Assembly (NCBI GenBank): GCA_041690595.1
Contig: JAWLHB010000017.1
Span: forward strand, 62,001 to 126,000
DNA length: 64,000 nt
Direction of reading: 5' to 3'
Source: Lentisphaeria bacterium
Lineage (GTDB): Bacteria; Verrucomicrobiota; Lentisphaeria; JABSQK01; JAWLHB01
The position numbers and the translations under genes were made by a program. Of this stretch, positions 30,539-41,173 are shown one piece after another. The notes under the pieces are model-generated. The model saw only the letters and a program-made list of their open reading frames with translations. It did no database searches and had not been told where the DNA came from. Position 1 is the stretch's first letter. Each line of letters starts with the position of its first letter.

Positions 30539-31606
30539 ATGCCATCCCAGTATAGCTATGTTCCCCACTACATTCGGATACGCGAGCAGATTCGGGAGCG
30601 GATCCAGCTTCAGGTCTACAAGGTGGGGAGCCGTATTCCCAGTGAGGCGGCTTTTGCTCAGGAGTTCGATGTAAGCCGCATCACCGTCACCAATGCGCTA
30701 CGGGAACTGGCGAAGGAAGGATTGCTGGTGCGCGAGCAGGGGCGGGGGACCTTTGTGGCGCCAGGCGCCCGGCATCAGTCGCGCTCGCGGCTGGCGGGCC
30801 TGCTGGTACGAACGCAGGGGCATCTTTTCGCAGATCTCTCGCGCTTCCTCAGCCGGGAGCTGAACGCCGTTGGCTACCTGCCGGCGCTGGTGGATCTGAC
30901 ATCGCTGGAAGAGGCCGAGGAAGTAGAGCGGCTGGCGCATCTTTGCCAGGCGGGTATGAAGGTCTTGATTGCGGAAGGGATGATGTCGCTGCCCTACAGG
31001 CGGATCGCGGAGATGTCGTCGGATCTGGAGAAGGTGATCTTCATCTGGCGTTATGAAAGCGCCGAGGTTGTCCCCGGGGCGGTTCATGTGTTGAGCGATC
31101 TGCGTTCGGCCGCCCAGCAGGTGTACGATCATCTGCTGGAGCAGGGGCATCGGCGAGTACTGGTGTTGACGCACATGCTTGGCGAGCATCCCCTTCGGGT
31201 ATCCGCCCAGTTGCTCAATCATTTCACGTCGCTGGCGGCGGAAGGTGGAGAGATCGAGGTACAGGCCGCGGCATATCACGAGGATCAGCCGGTGCTGGCG
31301 GATGGACTGCGGGAGATCCTGACATCCCCTACCCGGCCGACGGCGGTCTTTTCGTTATCGGATTTTCGGGTGCGGATCATCTACGAGCTGGCGGAGGAGG
31401 TGGGGCTGAGCATACCGAATGACCTCGCTCTGGTCGGCTTCTACAATACGCCGTGGTGTCAGATGCTCCCAGTGCCACTCACGTCGGTGGATCTGCGCGT
31501 TGACAATCTGGCCGAGCAAACGGCTGCCGTGCTGCAAGGCAATCGCCAATCCGCTGGAACAATCTGGGTACGACCACAGTTGATTGTCCGCTCTTCGAGC
31601 CTGTAA
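30539..31606 (+). CDS. GntR-HTH / LacI-type sensor-domain transcriptional regulator (AraR-like)
   Basis: [34 protein letters not shown] wHTH; C-terminal [19 protein letters not shown] and LIVRSS motifs. Confidence 0.92.
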   Translation: MPSQYSYVPHYIRIREQIRERIQLQVYKVGSRIPSEAAFAQEFDVSRITVTNALRELAKEGLLVREQGRGTFVAPGARHQSRSRLAGLLVRTQGHLFADLSRFLSRELNAVGYLPALVDLTSLEEAEEVERLAHLCQAGMKVLIAEGMMSLPYRRIAEMSSDLEKVIFIWRYESAEVVPGAVHVLSDLRSAAQQVYDHLLEQGHRRVLVLTHMLGEHPLRVSAQLLNHFTSLAAEGGEIEVQAAAYHEDQPVLADGLREILTSPTRPTAVFSLSDFRVRIIYELAEEVGLSIPNDLALVGFYNTPWCQMLPVPLTSVDLRVDNLAEQTAAVLQGNRQSAGTIWVRPQLIVRSSSL

Positions 31607-31635
31607 ACAATCTAATAACGAAAGGAAGGCATATC

Positions 31636-32322
31636 ATGTACCAATCGCCGCGATCCCGTCAACCAGGGACTACCCATTTTACTCTCATCGAATTATTGGT
31701 CGTTATAGCGATTATCGCCATCCTGGCCAGCATGCTGTTACCGGCCCTGTCGCATGCGCGCGAGCGGGCGCGGCAGACCTCCTGCATGAATCAACTGAAG
31801 CAGGTCGGGCTGGGCATCCTGCTCTATGCGGAGGTGCATGACGATGTCATACCGATCGGCTTTCACCCGCGAGCCTGGGATGTCTTGAACTCGACAGGTT
31901 ACGTTGAAGGGCGGACGGGAATTCTGGATTGTCCCAGTGACATGACGCGAACGCCCAACCAAGGGCGGGCAAACGGCTACTACGCCTACTCCTTTACCGG
32001 TGGCCGCAACCGCAGCTACATCTACAATGAGCGGCTTGGAATGGTTCTTTCAGCCACAAACATTCCCTATCCCCCCAAGAACGACATGAAGCACTTCAAG
32101 AACCCGGAGTACGCGACGCTGATTCGGGATTCAGAGTGGGCGCTGGGAAATGACAACGCGTACTACCATGGGGCCGGCGGTATACAGAACTTTGCCCAGT
32201 ACTTCGCGGATCGCCATGGCGGTGGCGCCAACTATCTTTTTGCTCCAGGCCACGTGCAGCACTACAAGCCGAGCGGCTACATGAGTAACATCTCCGGCCG
32301 GAGCGGGATCCCGGGAACATGA
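31636..32322 (+). CDS. Prepilin-type N-terminal / H-X9-DG-type (DUF1559-like) protein
   Basis: [44 protein letters not shown]-terminal [15 protein letters not shown]. Confidence 0.9.
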   Translation: MYQSPRSRQPGTTHFTLIELLVVIAIIAILASMLLPALSHARERARQTSCMNQLKQVGLGILLYAEVHDDVIPIGFHPRAWDVLNSTGYVEGRTGILDCPSDMTRTPNQGRANGYYAYSFTGGRNRSYIYNERLGMVLSATNIPYPPKNDMKHFKNPEYATLIRDSEWALGNDNAYYHGAGGIQNFAQYFADRHGGGANYLFAPGHVQHYKPSGYMSNISGRSGIPGT

Positions 32323-34040
32323 TGAAGGGGAGTAAGTGCATGAGGATGCTCTTCCTGTGGGGAGCGTTGTGCCTGCTGACGGCGGCGGAGCCGGAGCTTC
32401 GCCTGCCATCGGAGTGGCTTTCGCAGCAGGAAACCGTATGGCGGGACAACGGGGTGTCGTGCCAGTGGCAAATGCCGGATGTCCTTGAAGTACAATGGGA
32501 CGGTCAACGGCAATGGTATCTGCGCCTGCCGGACGAAGCGCCACTGAGCCGCGAGGCATGGCGAAAAGCGGCCTACGCGGGGAGTTCCTTTCCGGAGGCT
32601 CGCCTGCCGATGACGCGGCTATTGCGGGGAGCCATGGTCTACGAAGGGCGAGTCAAGGAGTTGGCCAGGCAGACGGAGCAGGAGCTGCCTGCCGCGCTGG
32701 ATACGGTACTTGGGGAGCTGCGGTCACTGGGGCTAAACAGCATCGTGTACTGCACCTACATGACCCCTGGCGAATGGCCCGAGGTTGAGCGCCTGGCGGA
32801 AAAGCACGACATCGACCTGATCGTGCAGTACAATGCGGCCTACTTCCTTCCGCAACGTGGACGCAACTACTACCACGTCAACAGCCTGCCGAAAGCGCTG
32901 TCGTTTCTGGAAGTGGCGCATGGCAGTCCGCGGCTGCTGGGCTTCAGCGTAAAGGAAGAGATCTACGTACCGGAGCTGACCTGGATGCAGGAATACCACA
33001 AGGCCCTGAAGCGGCACTATCCGCAAGTGCCCCTCTATACCTTGTATAACAGCACGCCGGCGCTGGCGGCCACGCGAGAACCGGCGTCGGAAATTGTCGG
33101 AACCGACATCTATCCGTTCCTCGGGGGCTACTATGGGGGTGGTCGGCAGCTGCCGAGTTTTCTGCCGCCACAGCGCGCTCTGCGACATCAGCTCCTGAGG
33201 ACACTGCGCGATCGGCGCGATGAGGCGATGCGACGCGGCAGCGAGTTTACGTATACACCAGACATGCAGCCGGGAAGCTGGGTGTTGAGTGACGAGGAGA
33301 TGCGGGAGCGCAATATTCCGCGGATAGATTACTCGGGAGTCATCCCCCTGACCAATGGGCGTTGGTTGTTGTGGCGGCGGTACAGAGCACCTGCAAATGC
33401 CTTGAAAGCGAGCATCTGGTTAAGTGCGGCATGCGGAGCCAAGGGGTGGTTTCCCTGGTATTATTCGTCAACACTGCCCCACCCTTCTCCGATCCCGGAA
33501 TCGCCTGAAGCGCCTTTTTCCGTGGACAGCAGCCATACTGGCGGGTCCAATAGCCCAATCTGGCAGGAATATGCGCAGGCGCTCGTGGAGGTCGGCCGCT
33601 ATGAGCCCTGGCTTCTGAACTTGCGTGCGGATGGCTTTCCGCGATTCATGACGGAGGACGAGCTACTGATCGGTGAAACTCACCGGCTGACGGTGGGCTC
33701 TGGTCACGTGGTCATCCTGGTCAACTTGGATGTAGGACGCTGGGCGGATTATCCGCGGCTTGATATGAAGGCGCAGAATCTGGACGTCAGTTTTCACGGA
33801 GAACTCACCGGCTACGAGCCCCTGGATACGCCTCGTCACGTGGTCTTCAGGTTGCGCATGGCAGCGGATGAGGTGGTACGCCGCCTCGACACTGGGGAGC
33901 CGCTGCCGGGCGAGTCCACCGAAAACGGGGGCGAGCAGGTTTTCAGAGTCGAGCTGGGGCCAGGCAGCGGTCTGCCGCTGTACATTGGCACTGACGAGGC
34001 ATGGGAAGAGACAATCACTCAACAGGAAGCAATGAAATGA
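32319..34040 (+). CDS. Secreted hypothetical protein, possible TIM-barrel glycoside-hydrolase-like fold
   Basis: Signal peptide; motifs [21 protein letters not shown] and [10 protein letters not shown] are reminiscent of clan-A-like barrels; translationally coupled. Confidence 0.55.
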   Translation: MMKGSKCMRMLFLWGALCLLTAAEPELRLPSEWLSQQETVWRDNGVSCQWQMPDVLEVQWDGQRQWYLRLPDEAPLSREAWRKAAYAGSSFPEARLPMTRLLRGAMVYEGRVKELARQTEQELPAALDTVLGELRSLGLNSIVYCTYMTPGEWPEVERLAEKHDIDLIVQYNAAYFLPQRGRNYYHVNSLPKALSFLEVAHGSPRLLGFSVKEEIYVPELTWMQEYHKALKRHYPQVPLYTLYNSTPALAATREPASEIVGTDIYPFLGGYYGGGRQLPSFLPPQRALRHQLLRTLRDRRDEAMRRGSEFTYTPDMQPGSWVLSDEEMRERNIPRIDYSGVIPLTNGRWLLWRRYRAPANALKASIWLSAACGAKGWFPWYYSSTLPHPSPIPESPEAPFSVDSSHTGGSNSPIWQEYAQALVEVGRYEPWLLNLRADGFPRFMTEDELLIGETHRLTVGSGHVVILVNLDVGRWADYPRLDMKAQNLDVSFHGELTGYEPLDTPRHVVFRLRMAADEVVRRLDTGEPLPGESTENGGEQVFRVELGPGSGLPLYIGTDEAWEETITQQEAMK

Positions 34041-37006
34041 GATACGTACTATCTTTGGCGTTGTTGGCGCTGACACCATGGTTGTGGGGAGCGGAACCGC
34101 TGGTGGTGAAGGCTGAGCGTTCGCAGTCGGTGGCGGAGAGCGGTGTGCCGCGGGGAGGGCGCCTGGCAGTGGGCCACGCGGCCGAGAGCTATGCGTACTT
34201 TCAGGGTGAGGCGCGGACGTATCTGAGTTTTCGATTGCCGGAACTGCCTGTGGGGGAGCGGTTATCGCGGGCTGTGCTTCGGGTGCAATTTGCCTTTGTA
34301 GCTTCCGAAGCGAACCCGCCGACGATCACCGCGGTAGTGCTTGAGGGGGCGCCGGGAGCGGAGCTGACCTGGGCTGATCAGCCACCCGTGGAGAATGCGA
34401 AAATAGCGGCAGAGGCCAAAGGGGGCGGAAAGGAGCTGGTACTGGACCTTTCGTCGGCGCTGGCTGGCAGGGCTGGCGGAGAGGAGATTCATCTCTGCCT
34501 GAAGGCCGCGGGCAGCGGTCGGCGGTTCGGGTGGTGGACCGATAAAGGCGCGGCAGTATTGCATGTCGAGAGCGATGCTCTGGCGCAGGTACTGCCGACG
34601 ACAACGCGGGAGCAGCCGTCCCTGATGCCGGATTGGAGGAAACTGGAGCATGCGCCCATTCTGCATTACCAGTGGCCGGCGCACACGGACGCGGAGCAAC
34701 GCCAGAAGCGGCTGGACGATTACCTCGCGATGGGCTTCACGGGGATCTACAAACTGGATGGCGAGGAGAGCCATGCAGGCAAGCTCTTCAAGGAGAAGGG
34801 GATGCACGGGTTGATGCGCCAGACGCGCTTTCTCGGCAGAGGGGATGCGGTCATCGATTCAGCCGGGAATGCCATACCAATCAAGCATCCCTATCATAAG
34901 AGTGTCCTCAGCGCGCGGAATGCGGAGGCGTACTTTGGGCGCATCGCGGCATTCGCGCAGAATTACGGGCTGGAGAATCTCTTCTATTGTGGCGATACGA
35001 TCGTGATGTCGAGTTGGGACGAGACCGGGCTATACAGCCGACGATACATCGACTACGGCTATGGGGCAAAAGAGAAGTTCATCGATTACCTGCGTACACG
35101 CATTTACCGGGATGCCGGTCCAGGCGAGGACAGCAACGGTGACGGGTGGAGCTTCAATCGAGAGACGGGGCTCGACTTGGCCTCGTGGGACGAGTTGGAA
35201 TTGCCGGCTTGGGAGGATCGGTACGCGCACCCCGGGCTGTGGAAACTGTGGATCGACTTCCACGGCTATTACACCTATCTCTTCTTCCGCATGGGCGGCG
35301 AGACGGTGAGCAGCGCGATCGAGGCGCCGGTGGAGTTGTTCTGCTTTTCCCATGCCACGGTCAAGTGGCCCGGAGCCACCTCGCAGCGTGGCCTGGACTT
35401 ATATTGGCAGTCGAAGCTCAACCGCATCCTGACTGTCGAAGATTGCCAGTGGGACTATCCCGGCAGCACGATCTTCTATGCGTTCACCAATCAACTGTCG
35501 CGTCGCTATCAGTTGCCGGTTCTGGGCTGGAGCTGGTTCAGCCCAGACGTACAGCGGGCGCGGGATCCAAAGCAGATTGCCCGGGCGCTGGCGCGGGCAA
35601 TGGGGCACGATACACATGGTTTGCTGATGTGGGTCTACAACGACAAAGAGTGGCGTGAGAAGTCGGAAGCGCGATCGGAGATGGCGCGGTGGCATCATAC
35701 GTATCAGGTTCACTGGCCGTTTCTGCGCGAGGCCACGGTGCCCGCACCGGCGGTGGCGGTTGTCTTTCCTCGGAACACGGGGAACTACTATGCCAACTTC
35801 GAGTATCCGAAGCTGGATTACGGCTGGATCTGCCAGGCGCTGAGCGAGGCGCAGATACCCTTCGAGGTGATCGCGGACAATCAGGTGGAGCAGGAGCCCG
35901 AGATCCTGAAGGATTACCGGGTCCTGTTGATGCCATCGACCACCTGGCAGAGTACGCGGGTGCGGGAGAGCATCGCTGCCTTCATTGCCGATGGCGGCTA
36001 TGCCTATACGAATGCGGACAGCTTCATGCTGGACGTCACCGACGGCACGACCACCGATTTCCTGGCACAGCATTTCGGCGTACGGCCACAGCGCAAGTTC
36101 AAGGGAACGGTGTCGCCAACTCAGGACTCTCCCGCCGAAGCGGAGTGGGCGCGCGGCGAACCGGCCAAGCTGCCGGAGCCGGTATGGGAGGGGACGGAAG
36201 ATCGCAGCCGCTTCCGCGCCGATGACGAGAAGGTCGTAGCCGCCGTCATCGAAGAAAGCCAGGTGGAACAACTGCGGGCCAATCTGCCGACGACCAGCGG
36301 CAGCGGTCTGCCCCAAACGCTCTGGGATCCTCGCCAGCCTCAGATGATACGCAGTGAGGGGGCAGAGTGGGTGCCGGCGCCTTACCGCACCTATCACGAC
36401 ATCGTGGTGGGCGACGTGCAGCGCGGCGCCAGTGTCGTGGCAAGCTATGGCACCGAACCCTGCGCGGTGGAGACTGAACGCACCTTGTGGACAGGCTTCC
36501 GGCCAGGCTTCGATCACGCCACACTCTTTCCGGTGATCACGATGCGGCAGTTCGGCGAACCCATCTGGCCGTTCGAGATTACCGAGGCCAAGACGGCAGC
36601 CGATCGGGAAGGTCCTCGGCGTTGGATCACCCGGATCGTGGAAAAGGCGGGTGTGACACGGCCGGTCGAGGTCACCCTGGAGGGTAAATTGGCGGCAAAT
36701 GTGGAGCTCCTGCGCCGCGAGGCGGGTGGGAATCAGTTGATCTGGCTCATTAACCATGAGGAGCGACCGGGAACCTACAAGGTGACCGGCAGTGCGCTGA
36801 CCGGGGAGTCCGCGGCGGAGTTGCTTGGCGATCAGCCACTCGTTCGGGACGCGGACGGCGGGTATTCCGTCAAGCTGGATGGCCATCGAGTGGCGATTCT
36901 GGCGGTAGGCACTCCAAGCTTTGTCCAGGAAAGACTGGCTGCCCAGCGGCGCGTACCGAAAGAGATACCGCCGATGCCCGAGTATGCGGAGGCGACCGGT
37001 GAGTAG
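34037..37006 (+). CDS. Secreted modular GH42-like protein (N-terminal CBM96/DNRLRE-like domain, TIM barrel, beta-galactosidase trimerisation-like domain)
   Basis: ATGA overlap at 34037; signal [25 protein letters not shown] and LTWADQP (CBM96-like); WDE; ALSEAQIPFEVI..LKDYRVLLMP..FIADGG (GATase-like trimerisation domain). Confidence 0.65.
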   Translation: MRYVLSLALLALTPWLWGAEPLVVKAERSQSVAESGVPRGGRLAVGHAAESYAYFQGEARTYLSFRLPELPVGERLSRAVLRVQFAFVASEANPPTITAVVLEGAPGAELTWADQPPVENAKIAAEAKGGGKELVLDLSSALAGRAGGEEIHLCLKAAGSGRRFGWWTDKGAAVLHVESDALAQVLPTTTREQPSLMPDWRKLEHAPILHYQWPAHTDAEQRQKRLDDYLAMGFTGIYKLDGEESHAGKLFKEKGMHGLMRQTRFLGRGDAVIDSAGNAIPIKHPYHKSVLSARNAEAYFGRIAAFAQNYGLENLFYCGDTIVMSSWDETGLYSRRYIDYGYGAKEKFIDYLRTRIYRDAGPGEDSNGDGWSFNRETGLDLASWDELELPAWEDRYAHPGLWKLWIDFHGYYTYLFFRMGGETVSSAIEAPVELFCFSHATVKWPGATSQRGLDLYWQSKLNRILTVEDCQWDYPGSTIFYAFTNQLSRRYQLPVLGWSWFSPDVQRARDPKQIARALARAMGHDTHGLLMWVYNDKEWREKSEARSEMARWHHTYQVHWPFLREATVPAPAVAVVFPRNTGNYYANFEYPKLDYGWICQALSEAQIPFEVIADNQVEQEPEILKDYRVLLMPSTTWQSTRVRESIAAFIADGGYAYTNADSFMLDVTDGTTTDFLAQHFGVRPQRKFKGTVSPTQDSPAEAEWARGEPAKLPEPVWEGTEDRSRFRADDEKVVAAVIEESQVEQLRANLPTTSGSGLPQTLWDPRQPQMIRSEGAEWVPAPYRTYHDIVVGDVQRGASVVASYGTEPCAVETERTLWTGFRPGFDHATLFPVITMRQFGEPIWPFEITEAKTAADREGPRRWITRIVEKAGVTRPVEVTLEGKLAANVELLRREAGGNQLIWLINHEERPGTYKVTGSALTGESAAELLGDQPLVRDADGGYSVKLDGHRVAILAVGTPSFVQERLAAQRRVPKEIPPMPEYAEATGE

Positions 37007-38015
37007 TCTGATCAAGATGGCGTGCGTCGATTTCAACTCGGATGCGCTGGGACAGCCGGCGACACCAGGGTTGTACGCGGCGGCCCAGGCCCAAGACCAG
37101 GTTCGCTGGTGCAGGGAACTCGGCGCCAATGCGATCCAGACCTTTTGCGTAGCGCTTAACGGCTATGCCTGGTACCGAAGCGATGTAGCTCCGGTGACTC
37201 CCGGTATGGACGGCGATTTCCTGCACCGGATGATCGACCTGGGGCACCGCGAGGGAATGGAAGTGCATGGTTATTTCTGCCTGGCGAGCAATGCCTGGTT
37301 CCGCTCGCGGAATCGCGACCGCCTGACAACGCACATCGATTGGCGAAAGAACGTACCGCTCACCACGGAGTATCTGGACTACTTCTGTCGGATGGCGGAA
37401 GAGGCACTGCTTCGTAACGAACTGGACGGCGTGCTGATCGACTGGTTCGAGGAGATTGTGCCGCTATGGACGGAGGCCGAGAAGCAGACGTATGAAGAGG
37501 TGATGGATCGCCCTTTTCCAAAAGAAGTGTGCGGTCCTCCAAAGCCTTTTCCCGGTGTGGACACGGGTCTGGCCATGATCCCACGCTGGCTGAGTGATGA
37601 GGACGAGATCGCTTTCCGGCGGGCGGCGACGGAGCGCGCATGGAAACGGATTCATGAGGCAATGAAGAGCGCCCGGCCATCCTGCAGGATCTGGCTGAAT
37701 GTGCCCTTTCATGCTCCCGCGGAGCCAATCTGGGAGAAGAGCCCGATACTTCGGGAGGTGGACATGATGCTGACCGAGCGCTGCGACCTGCGCATCGCCC
37801 GCTGGCTTCAGGAGGAGACCAACAGTAAGCCGGTGTTGGTCAACCTTGGCGGACTGGGCCGCTATGCCGTCGACTCCTGGCAGGAGCTGGTGGATGCCGG
37901 TTGTCACCTCTACACCTATGGCAAACCGGAACTTGCGACCATGCTGCCCGATCTGGAATCGAACTCACGGCTTTCACATGTTCGCACGGCGATGCGAGAG
38001 GCGCGACTCAGATAA
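36999..38015 (+). CDS. Cytoplasmic glycoside-hydrolase-like protein (GH29/GH151/GHL6-like barrel)
   Basis: GTG start with a GGAGG RBS; GANAIQTFC...GYAWYRS..P..DFL..GMEVHGYF and LDGVLIDW resemble fucosidase-like barrels. Confidence 0.6.
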   Translation: MSSLIKMACVDFNSDALGQPATPGLYAAAQAQDQVRWCRELGANAIQTFCVALNGYAWYRSDVAPVTPGMDGDFLHRMIDLGHREGMEVHGYFCLASNAWFRSRNRDRLTTHIDWRKNVPLTTEYLDYFCRMAEEALLRNELDGVLIDWFEEIVPLWTEAEKQTYEEVMDRPFPKEVCGPPKPFPGVDTGLAMIPRWLSDEDEIAFRRAATERAWKRIHEAMKSARPSCRIWLNVPFHAPAEPIWEKSPILREVDMMLTERCDLRIARWLQEETNSKPVLVNLGGLGRYAVDSWQELVDAGCHLYTYGKPELATMLPDLESNSRLSHVRTAMREARLR

Positions 38016-38898
38016 ACCAAGGTTCGATGCCGACCTCCGGCAATCTGGCCAGGTATGCGGCTTCCTCTGCTGGGGAGAAGCCGGGGCTCGGCTTGCGCGG
38101 CGGGCCGCAGGGGAAGCCCTGGCGGGAGACGAGAAGCTTGATGACGGCTATGCCATTTCCGCAGGAACCATTGCCGAACATGACAAGCAGGTGCTGGAGC
38201 TTCCTGGCCCCTTCCACATCGTTGGCAGCCATGCGTTCGCAAATGGCCGTTCCAAGGCGCGGAATGATGTTGTGCCAGGTGCAGATATTGCCGTCAGCGC
38301 CAGCGCCGAGGGTGGACATGAGCTGCTCGGAACAGCCGGAGATAATATTCAGCCGGTCGCCGACGCGCACCTTCAACTCGATGAGATGATTGATCTGGTA
38401 GGAAGAGAATTTGGCTCCAGCAAGAGTGGGCATCTCGTCACAAGCCTGTACAAAGCGGTCGACGGTGATCAACTCGCCATAAACCTGCGGCAGGTGGTAA
38501 AGATAGAGGGGCAGGCCGCAACTGGCGCCGATCTCCTGAAAATGCCCCCACATGGCGTGACTGGGGTAAGGGCGACCGAGGGGAGGTAGAGCACTGATGG
38601 CATCGGCGCCGATCTTCTCCGCGTGGCGCGCCAGATCGATGGCATCGCGCGTGGCATTGGCACCAATGTGGATCATGACGGGTATGCGCCCGTTGACGGT
38701 GCGGATCGCGATCTCGGCAATCCTCTTGCGTTCGGCAGCATCGAGCACCCACCATTCAGCCGTGGAACCACAGATGAACAGACCGTTAATGCCCTGCTGG
38801 ATCAACCGCTCGATCAGCGATTCGATGATTTTCCCATCAACCTGATCCTGATCGTCGAAGGGCGTAACCAAGGCGGGAATGATACCAGAAAAGCGCAT
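38008..38898 (-). CDS. DHDPS/N-acetylneuraminate lyase family class I aldolase
   Basis: GIIPALVTPF, GLFICGSTAE, LYLYHLP; Schiff-base Lys in GAKFSS. Confidence 0.9.
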   Translation of the reverse strand: MRFSGIIPALVTPFDDQDQVDGKIIESLIERLIQQGINGLFICGSTAEWWVLDAAERKRIAEIAIRTVNGRIPVMIHIGANATRDAIDLARHAEKIGADAISALPPLGRPYPSHAMWGHFQEIGASCGLPLYLYHLPQVYGELITVDRFVQACDEMPTLAGAKFSSYQINHLIELKVRVGDRLNIISGCSEQLMSTLGAGADGNICTWHNIIPRLGTAICERMAANDVEGARKLQHLLVMFGNGSCGNGIAVIKLLVSRQGFPCGPPRKPSPGFSPAEEAAYLARLPEVGIEPWFI

Positions 38899-39045
38899 GA
38901 GAGAGTCCTTATGATGATAGGAAAGTGCAGCCGGAATGTTAAGATACTACACGAGTCCAGTTCGCGCGCCACGGTTGGGTATTTTTTTCTGGGGGAAGAC
39001 TGGCGCCAAGGTTGGCAGCACGTACAGGTGTGGGTATGTTGTGGC

Positions 39046-40056
39046 ATGATGACTCCACGACAGATCTTTATGGCGGCGCTGAAGCGGGAACCTGTGCCTC
39101 GACCGGCGGTGGGTAGCGCCACGTCGATCGTGACCACGGATCTGATGGACGAGGTGGGCGTCGGCTTCCCGCGGGCACATCTGGAGCCGCGTGCAATGGC
39201 GGAGCTGGCGGCGGCAGGACATGAGCTGCTCGGCTATGACAACGTCATGCCGCTATTCAGTGTCTGGCATGAGTCGGCGGCACTTGGATGTGAGGTGGAT
39301 TGGGGAGATGCCGGGCGCATGCCGGATAGCAGCGGACGGGTCTTTGCGGAGATGAAATCGCCGCTGGAGGTGCCGGACGACTGGCTGGATCGCGCCCCCT
39401 GCCAGGTGCCGCTCCAGGCGCTGAGGTACCTGCGGCAGCGGTTTGACGATCAGGTGGCGGTTGTCGGAAAGGTATTTGGACCGTGGACGCTGGGCTATCA
39501 TCTCTACGGAGTTGAAGAGTTGCTGATGGCAACGCTGCTGTCGCCGGATGATGTGCGTCGTGCACTACGGGGGCTGATCGACATCACCGTGGCCTTTGGC
39601 AAGGCCCAACTTGCGGCCGGGGCGGATGCGCTGACGCTGGCGGATCACTGTACGCGTGACCTTTGTTCGCCGAACGCCTATCGAGACTTCCTGCTCCCCA
39701 TCCATACCGAATTGCAGGAGCGGCTGGACTGCCCACTCATCCTGCACATCTGCGGCGATACATCGGACCGGATACCGATGATCGCGCAGACGGGTATCGG
39801 GTGCTTTCACTATGATTCGAAGGTTCCGGCGCGGCGAGCGCGCGAGCTGGCACGAGAACGACTGAGCCTGATGGGCGGCACCAACAATCTGCAGGTGTTG
39901 CGCCGGGGCAATCGAGTGGAGATCGCCGCCGATGTAGCGGAGAAGCTGGAATGCGGGACGGATATCCTCGGGCCCGAGTGCGCGGTACCGCTGGATGCCC
40001 CTTGGCGTGGTTTGCGCCTGCTGGCGGAGTTGGGGAAAGGTATGGTCACACGCTGA
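39046..40056 (+). CDS. MtaA/CmuA (UroD superfamily) methylcobamide methyltransferase
   Basis: ESAALGCEVDWG, GPWTL; Zn ligands LHICG and GPEC; start re-placed to ATG 39046. Confidence 0.85.
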   Translation: MMTPRQIFMAALKREPVPRPAVGSATSIVTTDLMDEVGVGFPRAHLEPRAMAELAAAGHELLGYDNVMPLFSVWHESAALGCEVDWGDAGRMPDSSGRVFAEMKSPLEVPDDWLDRAPCQVPLQALRYLRQRFDDQVAVVGKVFGPWTLGYHLYGVEELLMATLLSPDDVRRALRGLIDITVAFGKAQLAAGADALTLADHCTRDLCSPNAYRDFLLPIHTELQERLDCPLILHICGDTSDRIPMIAQTGIGCFHYDSKVPARRARELARERLSLMGGTNNLQVLRRGNRVEIAADVAEKLECGTDILGPECAVPLDAPWRGLRLLAELGKGMVTR

Positions 40057-41173
40057 GCTTGGCGAGATCGCGCATGGTGAAGGCGGTTACGAAGCGGGAG
40101 CGCAGAGGCGTTCTCAGCATGGCATTGAGCAGCAGGTAGCGTAGCGTGGGCAGAGATCGGCGGCCCAGCCACATGTTGAAAGCTCCTCGCCGCCTGGCGA
40201 TCCAGGCCCGCCGGCGGGCAGATCTTTCCCACTCGGCAAGAGCCGTGGCGGACGGGTCTCGAAGAAGCGCCTGAACGAAGTCGTGGGCATTGATCCAGCC
40301 AAGGTTCATGCCCTGGCCGCCGATGGGACTGACGATGTGCGCTGCGTCTCCGAGGAGCACGACGCGCCCCTGGCGGAAATGTTCGGCAAAGCGTCCATGA
40401 GGTTGAAAGCTGCTGACCATGCGGACGCGGTCCGTTGCGGGGAGGTGACCACTTCGCGCGAGCACGCAATCGGCAACCTGGCGAGGGGTGGGTTGGGGAA
40501 TCCATGAGGCGGTCTTGGCAACGTAGCGACGCCAGCCACCGCCCAAGGGGAACGATTCGAGGAGGCCTGCCGTTCCCAGCCAGACCGCGGCATCCTTCTC
40601 GCCCGGGGCATTATCGGCGAAATCGCCCATGATATAGTAGTCCGGATAGTCGATGCCCTGAAAGGAGATGCCACAAAGGTCGCGGATGGTGCTGCGATTG
40701 CCATCGCAGGCCAGTAGCCAGTCGCAGGTAGCCTGTCGCTGACCTTCCGGGGAGTCCCAGCGGATCCGCACGGAGTCTGCCAGCAGCTCGCACGCAACCA
40801 AGCGGGAAGAATACTGGACATGGCCGGCACACTCGGCCAATGCGGCCGTGGTGTGGTGCTGGGGAATGAGGTAGATGCCCATATCGTCAGGAGACTCGAC
40901 CAGCGGCAGGGCGATCAGCGGCTTTCCCTGCCAGAATACGCGGGCACAACGGGTTTCCACTCCCCGACGCCACAGGTCATCGGCAACGCCAATGGCCCGC
41001 AGCAAGCCATGTGACGGGGGATGAATACCGATGGCGCGCGATTCCGCGGGAAGCTCAGGACGCTGTTCGAGCATGATAACACGACAGCCCGCCCGGCGCA
41101 GCAGCGCCGCAACGTACAGACCAACCGGCCCCGCCCCAACAATGGCAATGTTGATATGGAAGGAAGCTGACAT
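40046..41173 (-). CDS. FAD-dependent monooxygenase
   Basis: IVGAGPVG, ACDG.RS, LLGDAAH..SPIGGQGMNLG. Confidence 0.92.
   Translation of the reverse strand: MSASFHINIAIVGAGPVGLYVAALLRRAGCRVIMLEQRPELPAESRAIGIHPPSHGLLRAIGVADDLWRRGVETRCARVFWQGKPLIALPLVESPDDMGIYLIPQHHTTAALAECAGHVQYSSRLVACELLADSVRIRWDSPEGQRQATCDWLLACDGNRSTIRDLCGISFQGIDYPDYYIMGDFADNAPGEKDAAVWLGTAGLLESFPLGGGWRRYVAKTASWIPQPTPRQVADCVLARSGHLPATDRVRMVSSFQPHGRFAEHFRQGRVVLLGDAAHIVSPIGGQGMNLGWINAHDFVQALLRDPSATALAEWERSARRRAWIARRRGAFNMWLGRRSLPTLRYLLLNAMLRTPLRSRFVTAFTMRDLAKLSV

Noticed and set aside
35399..37129. 576-aa minus-strand ORF (likewise 43359-44840, 45454-46857, 55648-57321, 59694-60929, 62533-63912)
   Set aside because: Antisense shadows of well-supported genes.
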